A DNA stretch of 46,944 nucleotides. Source: Eubacterium sp. GTDB taxonomy: Bacteria; Bacillota; Clostridia; Oscillospirales; Acutalibacteraceae. Below are positions 17,673 to 26,560 of this stretch, in pieces (position 1 is the first letter of the stretch; the number at the start of each line of letters is the position of its first letter). The translations under genes and the position numbers were made by a program. The notes below the pieces were generated by a model, which ran no database searches, was not told the origin of the DNA, and saw only the letters and a list, made by a program, of their open reading frames with translations. The stretch spans positions 1 to 46,944 of the forward strand of contig JAFUZY010000118.1 of the NCBI GenBank assembly GCA_017476375.1, in the 5' to 3' direction.

Positions 17673-18801
17673 ATAAATCAGTATCGGCAGTATTTGGCGT
17701 ATTGCTATCGTTATCCTGTGATACCAAAAAGCCATCTTTGTATTTATCAAGTTCTCTTGCAATTTGCTCGCTCGTATCAGGATAAAGGTGTGCATATACT
17801 CTGTCAACCATTTCAGGCGTATCGCCTATTCTGTCGGCGATAGCATGAGTACGGTACCCAAGTTTAATAAGAAGCGCGACGTGAGAATGGCGCAGGTCGT
17901 GAACTCTGATTCTTTCCATCTCTGCCGCCTTTGATATATAGTTTAATTCCTGATTAAGCGCATTTCGTGTAAAGTAGAATATTCTATCGTTTTCGCCGAG
18001 CCCATAAAGGCTTTCGGTGTATTTAATTAACTCGTCATAAACAAAATCTGGCATTGGAGTTTTACGAACTCCGTTTTTTGTTTTAGGCGGTCCGAACATA
18101 TCCTCGCCGTTGATTCTGTGAAATGTTTCATAGATATCTAACGATTTGGAATCGTGTAGTATCTTTTTTGGAGTAAGCGCAAGAGCTTCGCCAACACGCA
18201 GCCCGCACCAATACAGTATCATAAAACATAAATGAAACGAAGGCTTTTTCTCATACTGAATAACTTCGTTAAACTGTTCCAAAGTCCAGAAAGACATTTC
18301 GTCAGCGTTTTTCTTTCCCATAGGTTTAACCTTGGATGCAGGATTAATCTGCAGACCGTGGTAAGCAACGGCATAATTAAGAATGGCAGTTAGTTCGCTG
18401 TTGATTATCCTTAAATATGTTTCGGAATAAGGCTTGCCTGTTCTATTATTAATCAGATTCAGCATAGTATTTTGCCAATTACGAATGTCGCCCGGCGTTA
18501 TTTCAGAAATCTTTTTATCCTTAAAATACGGCAGGATATGAGTTTGAAAGATGTTTATCTTTTTGTTTTGAGTACCGACTCTGATACGGTTTTCCTGATC
18601 GGCTATATAAAGGTCGTAAAGGCTCTGAAAAGTCATTTCAGGATTGCTGGAATACTTGTATAAGAATTCTCTTTCAAACTCTTTAGCATCGCGTTCACGC
18701 TTAAAGCCTCTTTTTAGCTTTCGCTTTTTTACTCCTGTCCAATCAGTATAGTAGAACGATACATACCAAGTTTTACGGTCCTCGTCTTTATATACGGGCA
18801 T
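17671..18801 (-). CDS. int: Phage tyrosine integrase
   Basis: Arm-binding N-terminus (KRGFKRERDA), GLRVGE, PKT, HDLRH, VYAHLY. Confidence 0.95.
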   Translation of the reverse strand: MPVYKDEDRKTWYVSFYYTDWTGVKKRKLKRGFKRERDAKEFEREFLYKYSSNPEMTFQSLYDLYIADQENRIRVGTQNKKINIFQTHILPYFKDKKISEITPGDIRNWQNTMLNLINNRTGKPYSETYLRIINSELTAILNYAVAYHGLQINPASKVKPMGKKNADEMSFWTLEQFNEVIQYEKKPSFHLCFMILYWCGLRVGEALALTPKKILHDSKSLDIYETFHRINGEDMFGPPKTKNGVRKTPMPDFVYDELIKYTESLYGLGENDRIFYFTRNALNQELNYISKAAEMERIRVHDLRHSHVALLIKLGYRTHAIADRIGDTPEMVDRVYAHLYPDTSEQIARELDKYKDGFLVSQDNDSNTPNTADTDL

Positions 18802-18858
18802 AATAACACCTGCCTTTATAAATACCCCTCTTTTGATTTATAAAGAGGGGTTATTATA

Positions 18859-19575
18859 TTACTTCTTTGTTTTTACTGTTTTTGCTTTGCTCCAGGATGA
18901 ATAATACTTCTTATTATTAAATGTTTTATATGAACGAATACGAACAAAATACTTCTTATTACCTTTAAGCTTCTTAACAGTCTTTGTTTTTGATTTTGCG
19001 CCGCTTACGGTAACAGTTTTTTTATTCTTTGTAAATTTGCTATCAGTCGCATACTGAATCTGATAACCTTCGATATTTTTAAGGGGATTCCAAGTAGCTT
19101 TGAACTGCTTTTTCGCCGGAGTTAATTTACTTATCTTTGGCGCAGTTAAATTAAGAGAGTTAAGAGTTATATTTGTTGACATTGGTATTTGCTGCTCTTG
19201 CCAATACTCAATGTAAATATAATAAGTCTTTCCTTTTGTTAATTTTGCTTTAGCAGTTGCTTTTAGCGATAGGTCACTCCAAAGACCTTCAACAATCGTT
19301 TCCTCCGAAGCATTTAATATCGCTATACTAATAGCACCAGAATCATTTCTAACAGCTTCGTCTTTAGTAAATGTTTTAGCAGTATATGTACCTGTTATAG
19401 GCGGTACAAATTTATACCAATGCTGAAAATCGTCATTCGCCCAGTCAAATGTATATTGCATAGTTTTGTTAATGGTAATCGTTTCAACCTTTCCTTTGGC
19501 AAAAACAATGTTAACGCTGCATAATAAAACCATGCTTAATACTATTGCAATAAATCTATTAATATATGTTTTCAT
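18859..19575 (-). CDS. Secreted/surface protein with C-terminal fibronectin type III-like domain (prophage cargo)
   Basis: Signal peptide (...VFA); Lys-rich Fn3-like tail GYQIQYATDSKF...LKGNKKYFVRIRSY...YSSWS. Confidence 0.8.
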   Translation of the reverse strand: MKTYINRFIAIVLSMVLLCSVNIVFAKGKVETITINKTMQYTFDWANDDFQHWYKFVPPITGTYTAKTFTKDEAVRNDSGAISIAILNASEETIVEGLWSDLSLKATAKAKLTKGKTYYIYIEYWQEQQIPMSTNITLNSLNLTAPKISKLTPAKKQFKATWNPLKNIEGYQIQYATDSKFTKNKKTVTVSGAKSKTKTVKKLKGNKKYFVRIRSYKTFNNKKYYSSWSKAKTVKTKK

Positions 19576-19739
19576 AATACTACCTTTTTGCCGATGCTGG
19601 CAGAATGCATTTTCGTAAGTTCACGAAAATGGTTTGTAATAACGAATTCCGTTATTATCTAACAATATAATGTTTTATTATTTATACTATGATAATATGT
19701 GCTTCCTTTCCCTTAAAAACGAGAATGGAGGCGAGAATA

Positions 19740-19865
19740 ATGGATAATAAAGAATATCAAGAGAAACTGCTTAAATTAACAGCTCAAATGAGCAGCGAGG
19801 AGCAAGCTAATCTTCTTTCTTACGCTTTGCAATTATCCGAGCAGCATAGCCAAGAACAGCGTTAA
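19740..19865 (+). CDS. 41-aa protein resembling the repressor C-terminal domain (candidate antirepressor/modulator)
   Basis: GGAGG RBS; MDNKEYQEKLLKLTAQMSSEEQANLLSYALQLSEQHSQEQR; overlaps the repressor 3' end in antisense. Confidence 0.65.
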   Translation: MDNKEYQEKLLKLTAQMSSEEQANLLSYALQLSEQHSQEQR

Positions 19866-20154
19866 GTTCATCCTCTGTCATATCGGCCGTTGCCGCAATT
19901 ATTTCTTTCTCTGCTTCTGTTAAAGACCGTTCATCAGCAACGGTCTTATTTTTTTTGTCCGTTTTTCCTAATAGGTAGTCAACAGACACACCGAAGTAAT
20001 CGGCAAGCTTTATAAGGGTTGCGCCATCAGGTGTATTACCTTTATCTTCCCAATACTTAATTTGATTTACTCCGATATGTAATTCTTTTGATATTTCTGC
20101 TTTTGTTACCTTTTTTTCTGCCATTAATGCTTTAAGGCGTTTAATAAATGTCAT
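19807..20154 (-). CDS. XRE-family phage repressor (CI-like, no peptidase domain)
   Basis: HTH with LADYFGVSVDYLLG; divergent from the Cro operon. Confidence 0.9.
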   Translation of the reverse strand: MTFIKRLKALMAEKKVTKAEISKELHIGVNQIKYWEDKGNTPDGATLIKLADYFGVSVDYLLGKTDKKNKTVADERSLTEAEKEIIAATADMTEDELNAVLGYAARIIAKRKKED

Positions 20155-20177
20155 AGTATCACCTAATTACACAAAAT

Positions 20178-20271
20178 CACTAAATTAGTGGTTATGTTTT
20201 TGTGCAAGATTAACGAAATAACTAAATTAGTGATAATTCGCATTGACAATCACTAAATTAGTGGTTACAAT
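20178..20271. promoter_or_regulatory. Lysis/lysogeny switch: three palindromic operators plus rightward promoter
   Basis: CACTAAATTAGTG at 20178-20190 and 20251-20263, AACTAAATTAGTG at 20220-20232; TTGACA (20243) -17- TACAAT (20266). Confidence 0.85.
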
Positions 20272-20272
20272 A

Positions 20273-20448
20273 TAACCGAGTTAAAAAAGTGAATTGCACG
20301 CGATAGTGAAGAATATCTGTGCAAGTTGCGACGAGCTGACCTATATCGTTGACACACCTTTTTAACTTTTCTTGCCTCGGGTAAAACCCCGGAGGGCAGT
20401 CGCTCCCAGATTGCCCTCACATTTTTAGAGTGAGTTATAACTCGGTTA
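20273..20448. ncRNA. Candidate structured RNA bounded by 11-bp inverted repeats, between convergent promoters
   Basis: TAACCGAGTTA / TAACTCGGTTA; several internal stems; minus-strand promoter at 20456-20484. Confidence 0.5.
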
Positions 20449-20599
20449 ATAATTCATTTTAACATAGTTTTATTAATTAATCAATAATTAAGGCCAAATC
20501 AATTGAATAGGTTGCGAATCTATATACTTCGCCAAAAGTACTATGGATGCATATTAGGAGTATGCAAGCTGCGCTAACGGCTATACGGGCATTTTACAT

Positions 20600-20674
20600 T
20601 GAGGATTAGCCAAGAGGTAAGGCAACGGACTTTGACTCCGTTATTCACAGGTTCGAGCCCTGTATCCTCAGCCA
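20600..20674 (+). tRNA. tRNA-Gln(TTG), prophage-encoded, with CCA
   Basis: Acceptor TGAGGAT/ATCCTCA, D arm GCC/GGC, anticodon arm ACGGA-CTTTGAC-TCCGT, T arm ACAGG-TTCGAGC-CCTGT, ends GCCA. Confidence 0.95.
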
Positions 20675-20713
20675 CAAACAAACCAACGCTACAAGAAAGT
20701 GAGGTGTAACGAA

Positions 20714-20905
20714 ATGAGCGTAGGAGAAAACATTAAGAAAATGAGAGAGCGTCGTAATCTTACGCAGCACGAGCTTAGCGAAAAGGTTGGAATAACCCAG
20801 AGTATGCTTTGTCAGATTGAAGCCGGTCTGAAATTTCCTTCTTTTCCTGTTGCAGTACAGATTGCCAAGGCACTTAACTGTACAACAGACGAACTTGCTC
20901 AATAA
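20714..20905 (+). CDS. Cro-like XRE HTH protein
   Basis: LTQHELSEKVGITQSMLCQIEAG; GAGGT RBS. Confidence 0.9.
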   Translation: MSVGENIKKMRERRNLTQHELSEKVGITQSMLCQIEAGLKFPSFPVAVQIAKALNCTTDELAQ

Positions 20906-20948
20906 TTATTAATTAATTTTTATATCTTAATTATACACCCGAAAGAAG

Positions 20949-21416
20949 GTGGAAACAACGAACAAATCGTGCAGGAATATATACAAAAGTGCGAGAATTC
21001 GTGCAGGTTTCAAGCGAGAACCTGTCGCAGAAGAACTGCATATTGATGTTCGCACCCTTGATAAGTATGAATCGGTCGGTGGGAAAGCACCTGACGAGAT
21101 TGTTAGAAGGATGTGTATATTGTATGACAACAATTTCCTTGCATATCAACACCTAAAGCAATCGCCTCTCGGAGAGTTTTTGCCAGAATTAACGGAAGAT
21201 AATATCCAAGGTGCAACACTTAATTTGCTTTGCAATTTTAAGGATGTACAAGGTATTATTCAGGAACTCGTTGAATTCGCTGCAGGACAAGCAGACGGAA
21301 CGAATCGAGCGGATATGGAACGCAATCGAGATAAATTACTTGCTCTTGCAAGTGCTTCTATAACTTTATTATTTGCAGATAAGGAGGGATACCGTGAAGG
21401 AACTCAAAACGATTAA
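20949..21416 (+). CDS. Phage HTH regulatory protein
   Basis: NIYKSARIRAG...VAEELHIDVRTLDKYE HTH; early operon position. Confidence 0.75.
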   Translation: METTNKSCRNIYKSARIRAGFKREPVAEELHIDVRTLDKYESVGGKAPDEIVRRMCILYDNNFLAYQHLKQSPLGEFLPELTEDNIQGATLNLLCNFKDVQGIIQELVEFAAGQADGTNRADMERNRDKLLALASASITLLFADKEGYREGTQND

Positions 21417-21654
21417 CAGTATGTGGTACCACGCAAACGATGTTGCTGTACTGCTCGGTGTATGCAGGACAAAAGCATACGACATTATAAACGAGCTTCG
21501 TAATCAGCAAGCGAGTATGAAAATACCCGGCAGTACTAACCGTTATTATCAGAAGCCGCCAAGAGGACAGATTCAAAAATCGTTCTTTTGTGAGTCGTAT
21601 TCGCTTGATGTTAAAGAGTGCGACAAAGTTTTAGCGGAAAGGAGGGTATCCTGA
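21394..21654 (+). CDS. Excisionase-like DNA-binding protein
   Basis: DVAVLLGVCRTKAYDIINEL pattern like ICE/phage Xis; AAGGAGG before GTG 21394. Confidence 0.65.
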   Translation: MKELKTINSMWYHANDVAVLLGVCRTKAYDIINELRNQQASMKIPGSTNRYYQKPPRGQIQKSFFCESYSLDVKECDKVLAERRVS

Positions 21655-21655
21655 T

Positions 21656-21913
21656 TTGTTTAAGAAAAGAAAAAAGGCTGTCAGCGAGGACAAGCCTGTA
21701 ATTGTGAATGTTGAGCGTAAGCCTTCGTTAGTTATTGGCTGTGAAAGCAGCAATCGCTGTGCTGATTATATCATTATGAAAAGCACATTGGAAAGTGAGT
21801 TAAGCAAAGCAATTACAGAGAAAAACCTTGCAATAGCCGAGAAAGAAGCTTTTGTAAATTTGCTTAATAGATTATGCCCTGATTGGCGTCAGAAAGTAGA
21901 GGTGACAAAATGA
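21656..21913 (+). CDS. Phage hypothetical protein
   Basis: AAGGAGG RBS, TTG start, operon packing. Confidence 0.7.
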   Translation: MFKKRKKAVSEDKPVIVNVERKPSLVIGCESSNRCADYIIMKSTLESELSKAITEKNLAIAEKEAFVNLLNRLCPDWRQKVEVTK

Positions 21914-22095
21914 GAAAGTTTATAACCCAACTATTGATAACACTCGGCGTATTCAGCGGTGGTTTTGGTGTCGCATCAGTTGACAATTTTAATCTGGTAC
22001 CGCTTATCGCTTTTATCATAGCAGTAATTTGTCTGCTTGCAGCATACTTTATCGGTGCTGATTACATAGTTGAAAAAATGCATGAAAGGAGATGA
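21910..22095 (+). CDS. Small two-TM phage protein
   Basis: GAGGTG RBS; two hydrophobic segments. Confidence 0.7.
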   Translation: MRKFITQLLITLGVFSGGFGVASVDNFNLVPLIAFIIAVICLLAAYFIGADYIVEKMHERR

Positions 22096-22102
22096 GTATT
22101 AA

Positions 22103-22462
22103 ATGTCAATGTTTGAGACCTGTCCGCATTGTGGTGCAAATCTTGACCCCGGCGAAAAATGTGATTGCCAAGAGCAGGTTACAGATATTATGCAGAACGA
22201 AGAATTAATTAATCTCGTTTATTTCTTTGCAAAAAGAAAGCCGTCACGATACGAAATCGAAGCGGCATATCCTTCGGCAAAGCGAAAACTCGACGATTTA
22301 ATTAACAGATTCGGCGACGATAACGGACAGCGCAGAAAACCAAGATATCTTGCACAACTTATCGTTGAGCAGATGCGTAGTCAGCGTGCAGCAGTAATGT
22401 GTTCTGTTGTAAGCGAACTACAAAAAGAAAACAGCCAGCACCGAAGTTTCTCAATGTGCTGA
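22103..22462 (+). CDS. Phage protein with N-terminal Zn ribbon
   Basis: CPHCGANLDPGEKCDC motif. Confidence 0.75.
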   Translation: MSMFETCPHCGANLDPGEKCDCQEQVTDIMQNEELINLVYFFAKRKPSRYEIEAAYPSAKRKLDDLINRFGDDNGQRRKPRYLAQLIVEQMRSQRAAVMCSVVSELQKENSQHRSFSMC

Positions 22463-22532
22463 CTGAATACCAAATTGTTAAGTTTATTCTATCAAACAAA
22501 ATCTAATATGTCAAGGAGGAAAAGTAAAAAAT

Positions 22533-23513
22533 ATGGCAGAAAAAGAAATTGTTATAGAAACAACGGGCGAGGTTGTTGAATCCGTTGACATCCTCGATAC
22601 TACCGGCCTTATAGAAGTAACCCAGCTTCCTGTTATCGTTGAGCGGTTGTATCAGATAAAAGAGACGGTTACAGACAGAGTTGAGAGTGCGCTTGCTCTT
22701 GAATGTACTGAGGACAGCAAGAAACAGATTAAAGACGAAAGAGCTGCCCTTAACAAAATGTTTAAGGAGCTTGAGGAAAAGCGCAAAGAGGTTAAAGCAA
22801 AGGTACTTAAACCTTACGAGGATTTTGAAAATCTGTACAAAGAATGCGTAACCAATATCTTTAAGCCTGCAGATACACAGCTGCGCGATAAGATCGCTGC
22901 CGTTGAAGACGATCAGAAGGAACAGAAGCGTCAGAAGGCGTTAGCGTATTTTGAGGAATACAGAGAATCGCTTGGCATTGACTTTGTTTCTTTTGAAGAT
23001 GTCGGGTTGAATATTACGCTTAATGTAACCGACAAAAAGCTTAAAACGGCTTGTAAAGATTTCCTTGACCGTATTAAAGAAGGTCTTGACCTTATCGCTA
23101 CGCAGGAACATCCCGAGGAAATCCTTGTTGAATACAAAGAAACGCTTAATGCAGCTTCGGCAATTACCGTTGTTAAAAATCGTTATCAGCGCATTGAGGA
23201 AGAAAAGCAGAGACGCGCAGAAGCAGAGGCAAGAGCCAAAGCAGAAGCAGAACATCAGGCTGAAATTGAAAGAGCGATTGCAGAGGCAAGCTCCGAGGAT
23301 GAAGACGAGCCGTCTTTTGAGGACCATTTTGTGGCACCTACGGCAAACGATATCAGCGAACTTTCCGCACCTACGGCAGAGCCTGTTACAGAGGATACCT
23401 CTGAAAAGCCTGATGTATACGAGGTTACATTCACAGTAAAAGGCACGATTGACGACCTTCGTGCTATGAAACAATTATTCAACGAAAGGGGTATGACATA
23501 TGTCCAACTCTAA
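22533..23513 (+). CDS. DUF1351-like phage coiled-coil protein
   Basis: QLPVIVERL...RAALNK...K.K..KPY pattern; typical position upstream of recT. Confidence 0.75.
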   Translation: MAEKEIVIETTGEVVESVDILDTTGLIEVTQLPVIVERLYQIKETVTDRVESALALECTEDSKKQIKDERAALNKMFKELEEKRKEVKAKVLKPYEDFENLYKECVTNIFKPADTQLRDKIAAVEDDQKEQKRQKALAYFEEYRESLGIDFVSFEDVGLNITLNVTDKKLKTACKDFLDRIKEGLDLIATQEHPEEILVEYKETLNAASAITVVKNRYQRIEEEKQRRAEAEARAKAEAEHQAEIERAIAEASSEDEDEPSFEDHFVAPTANDISELSAPTAEPVTEDTSEKPDVYEVTFTVKGTIDDLRAMKQLFNERGMTYVQL

Positions 23514-24471
23514 TGCATTAGCAAAGAAGCCGCCTAAGAAGTTTAGTGTGGCTATAACAACCGATACCTACCAAAGGCTTATTAAAAACACTCTCGGCGA
23601 CCCCGAAAGGTCAAAGCGTTTTATTGCTTCTATTTCGTCAGCTGTCGCTGTTAATCCGCAGTTGCAGGAATGCGAAGCGGGCTCAATTCTTTCAGGAGCG
23701 TTGCTTGGCGAATCTCTTAACTTATCGCCAAGCCCTCAGCTCGGACAATATTACCTTGTGCCTTTTAGCGAAAAGGTTAAGAAAGACGGTCGTATCGTCT
23801 ACAAGGTTGATGCCGAGGGCAGAGAGCTTAAAGACCAGTATGGCAGAAAAATTCCCGAAACAATCACAAAGGCGCAGTTTATTCCCGGTTACAAAGGTTA
23901 TATGCAGCTCGCTATGAGAAGCGGTCAGTTAAAGAAAATTAACGCCGTTGAAATTAAAGAAGGCGAGTTAAAGCATTATGATCCGTTAAGGTTTGGCTGC
24001 GGTAATTGGCTTGTAAAGCCTTTAATTGAACTTGGTGTGAATCCTAAAAATATTGATGTCTTAAATGACGGTACAAGCTACAACTATGGTGTATGTAATA
24101 TTATTCCTGTTCCGCTTGTACACAATGTTCCCAACTGTGGTTACAAGATACATTTTCCTTTCGGCAAAATGATATATGCAACCGATACAAACAACCTTAA
24201 CGGTATTATCGCCAGACATTATGACCTTTATCTAATTGAGGCTAATTATGACGATAAAGAAATAAAAGAACGGATTAAGGCGAAAGAAGTATTAGGCTTG
24301 TATTGCTATGAAAAACAGGTTTTAAGAAATCATTTATCAACAGCAAAGTGCAATGATTTTATTCTTAAGAACTGTGCTCCATACAGCAAATATGTCTATA
24401 TGCATCGCCACGATTATTCAAAAGATACAGAGGTTACGGATTATGTTAACGACGACAGCGCAAGTGCTTAA
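23500..24471 (+). pseudogene. In-frame chimera: RecT N-terminal part + C-terminal part of phage MBL-fold hydrolase
   Basis: RecT motifs (LNLSPSPQLGQYYLVPF, GYKGYMQLAMRSG) up to ~23986; then HNVPNCGY, YATDT, YLIEANY, NHLS, YMH without the N-terminal HxHxDH. Confidence 0.75.
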
Positions 24472-25105
24472 ATATGACGGTAGTCGATTGTTATTACAGC
24501 CAACCGATAGCATAGGTAGAGAATTACGCCAAAAGCAAATTACTACCGTTGAAGTACGCTTACCAGATGGCAGAACAATCTCACCGAAGCAGCGCAGAAA
24601 GATTTGGGCTCTAATAAGAGATATTGACGAATGGGCGGGCAATTATGTACCTGAATATACCCGAAATGTCTTGGAGTACAACTTTATAACCACTATGGAA
24701 TACGAAGAGTGGTTTAGTCTTTCTACGGTGGATATGACAACAGAACGCCTGTTTATTGACTATCTCGTAGCCTTTTGCTTTGAGAATGACGTTCCGACGA
24801 AGGATACACTCCTTCACCAGACAGACGATATAGGAAAGTACTTGTATCTATGCCTGGAACATAGAAAGTGTGCCATCTGTAACGATTATGCAGAAGTACA
24901 CCATGTTGACAAAATTGGTATGGGGCGTGATCGCGAAAAGATTGTGCATATAGGTCTTAAAGCGATTGCCCTGTGCCATAAGCATCATATAGAGGCACAC
25001 AACGACGAAAAAGGCTTATTTAACAACTATCACATATACGGTATCCGGCTCGATAAATACCTATGTGAATGCCTTAACTTAAACACAAAAGAAAGGAATA
25101 GTTAA
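24443..25105 (+). CDS. Putative phage HNH nuclease (DUF968-like)
   Basis: ISPKQRRKIWALI, CAIC...EVHH..KIGMGRDR, ALCHKHHIEAH. Confidence 0.8.
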   Translation: MLTTTAQVLKYDGSRLLLQPTDSIGRELRQKQITTVEVRLPDGRTISPKQRRKIWALIRDIDEWAGNYVPEYTRNVLEYNFITTMEYEEWFSLSTVDMTTERLFIDYLVAFCFENDVPTKDTLLHQTDDIGKYLYLCLEHRKCAICNDYAEVHHVDKIGMGRDREKIVHIGLKAIALCHKHHIEAHNDEKGLFNNYHIYGIRLDKYLCECLNLNTKERNS

Positions 25106-25106
25106 T

Positions 25107-25328
25107 ATGCCGAGACCACGAAAGGTGGGGCTTGACTATTTTCCTGAAGATGTTGGAAGACGCAACGACTTCAAGATTATGGACTTACTTAACGAATACG
25201 GTCCTCTTGGGTATGTTATTTACGACTTCTGTTTACAGTATATCTATGAAAATGGATATTACATAGATGCTCCTTTATCGCAAGTAGCTTTACTGCTAAT
25301 TAAGGATATCGGAGCGAAATGGATTAAA
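25107..25328 (+). pseudogene. 5' fragment of DUF4373 (Lin1244/Lin1753-like) replication protein
   Basis: MPRPRKVGLDYFP...YGPLGY...IYENGYY; resemblance ends near GAKWIK; the ORF runs on to 25418 through unrelated DNA. Confidence 0.7.
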
Positions 25329-26220
25329 CAACCTTACAGAAGAGGTGCTAAATTACTCCTTTACTTCAAGAGTAAACGAAAAAGGAAAAACCGTAGAAGC
25401 TGTATTGAAATGCGATAAATCTTTAATTAATCAGATTATTGAAATCGATGCAGATTCAAGCGAAATAGCATTTCTTGAAGCAGCGCGAAAAAAAGGTATT
25501 CGTTTCAGCAATACAAATGAGTATTTTGATTATCGTCAAAGGTATGGGTTAAACGAAGGTTTGCTCTCTGTGTTAAAGTATACGACTTTGCACAAGATAA
25601 ATAGATATTTTGATAGCCTTCCAAAAAACAAGCTTTTAGGTTGTAGGTACGGCTACCAATATAACTATTACGATAAAGAGGCGAAATACAGGAATTTAGC
25701 ACACGACTATTGCGATTATTTCACTTGGTGCAAAGAGCTAAGGTACAACCTTAAGGACGAATTTATTTTGTTTCCGAGAGACTTTAAGGCAGCCCATGAC
25801 GAAACAAGCAAGATCCATCAGCAGCACAAAGACGAAATCGAAAAAAGAAAGCTTGCAAAGATGGAAAAGAAATATACAGATAAAATCCTTCCTGATTTGG
25901 TAACGAAATTCGATTACAAGTCAGAGCAGTTTATGGTTATTATTCCCCGTTGCAAGAATGATTTAGTTAAAGGTCTTATTAACAACAGTGCTGCACAGAA
26001 CTACGATGGCAGCACCAACCTTCAGGCCAACAAAACGACCACTTTCAGACACTCTCGTGTAGTTGTAGGTCGTATGAACGCTTGGACCGAAAACGATTTC
26101 TCATATGAAGAATTTATCGCTCTTAATACCTATATGCTCCAAAAAGCGTTAAAACGAATTGAAACCCTTGAAAAAAAGGTCGCAGACCTGGAAGCAGAAA
26201 GGGGTACAAACAATGATTAA
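25321..26220 (+). pseudogene. Triple chimera: PcfJ-like fragment + major capsid fragment + tail-fibre chaperone C-terminus
   Basis: DYCDY...LFPRDFKAAHD (PcfJ-like) to ~25970; GLI..NYDGST..TF..VVVGR..AWTENDFSY (capsid-like) to ~26106; YEEFIALNT..LQK..IETLE (S74 chaperone tail-like). Confidence 0.65.
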
Positions 26221-26224
26221 TACT

Positions 26225-26542
26225 TTAATTAAAGGAGGTTGTTTTTATTGTAATGCTGCACTTTGTTACCTTGATTATTGTTCCTGCGTGTCTGTCACTC
26301 CAAAGACAAATTGTAGCACCGTCGCCTACTTTTGCATTTGCAGGAGTAAGATGTCTTTCTCCAAACTGCATAATCTTTCTTGCAAGAACTGTTGTTTCGT
26401 AAACAGCCATTTCGGTATCGCCTTTGGCGATGTATCTGTTTACCCATCTAAACGATTCTTTTATATCGCAATCGTTTAAGATGTATTCGGCGTTAGCCTT
26501 ATCAATGTCCTCTACTAAATGTCTTAACTGAATTTCTGTCAT
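26225..26542 (-). CDS. Phage hypothetical protein, probably 3'-truncated
   Basis: GAAAGGG RBS; VGDGAT...WSDRHAGTIIKV motif; ends abruptly at a probable junction. Confidence 0.6.
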   Translation of the reverse strand: MTEIQLRHLVEDIDKANAEYILNDCDIKESFRWVNRYIAKGDTEMAVYETTVLARKIMQFGERHLTPANAKVGDGATICLWSDRHAGTIIKVTKCSITIKTTSFN

Positions 26543-26560
26543 AATGATTAATCCCTTTCT

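Noticed and set aside
20273-20448. Retron msr-msd or invertible promoter switch
   Set aside because: No reverse transcriptase or invertase in the window, and the promoters lie outside the inverted repeats.
23334-23378. 12-bp direct repeat GCACCTACGGCA
   Set aside because: In-frame APTA duplication in a low-complexity linker of the DUF1351 protein.
26159-26479. 106-aa Cys-rich plus-strand ORF
   Set aside because: Apart from a few codons after ATG 26213, it is the antisense shadow of the RBS-bearing minus-strand gene.
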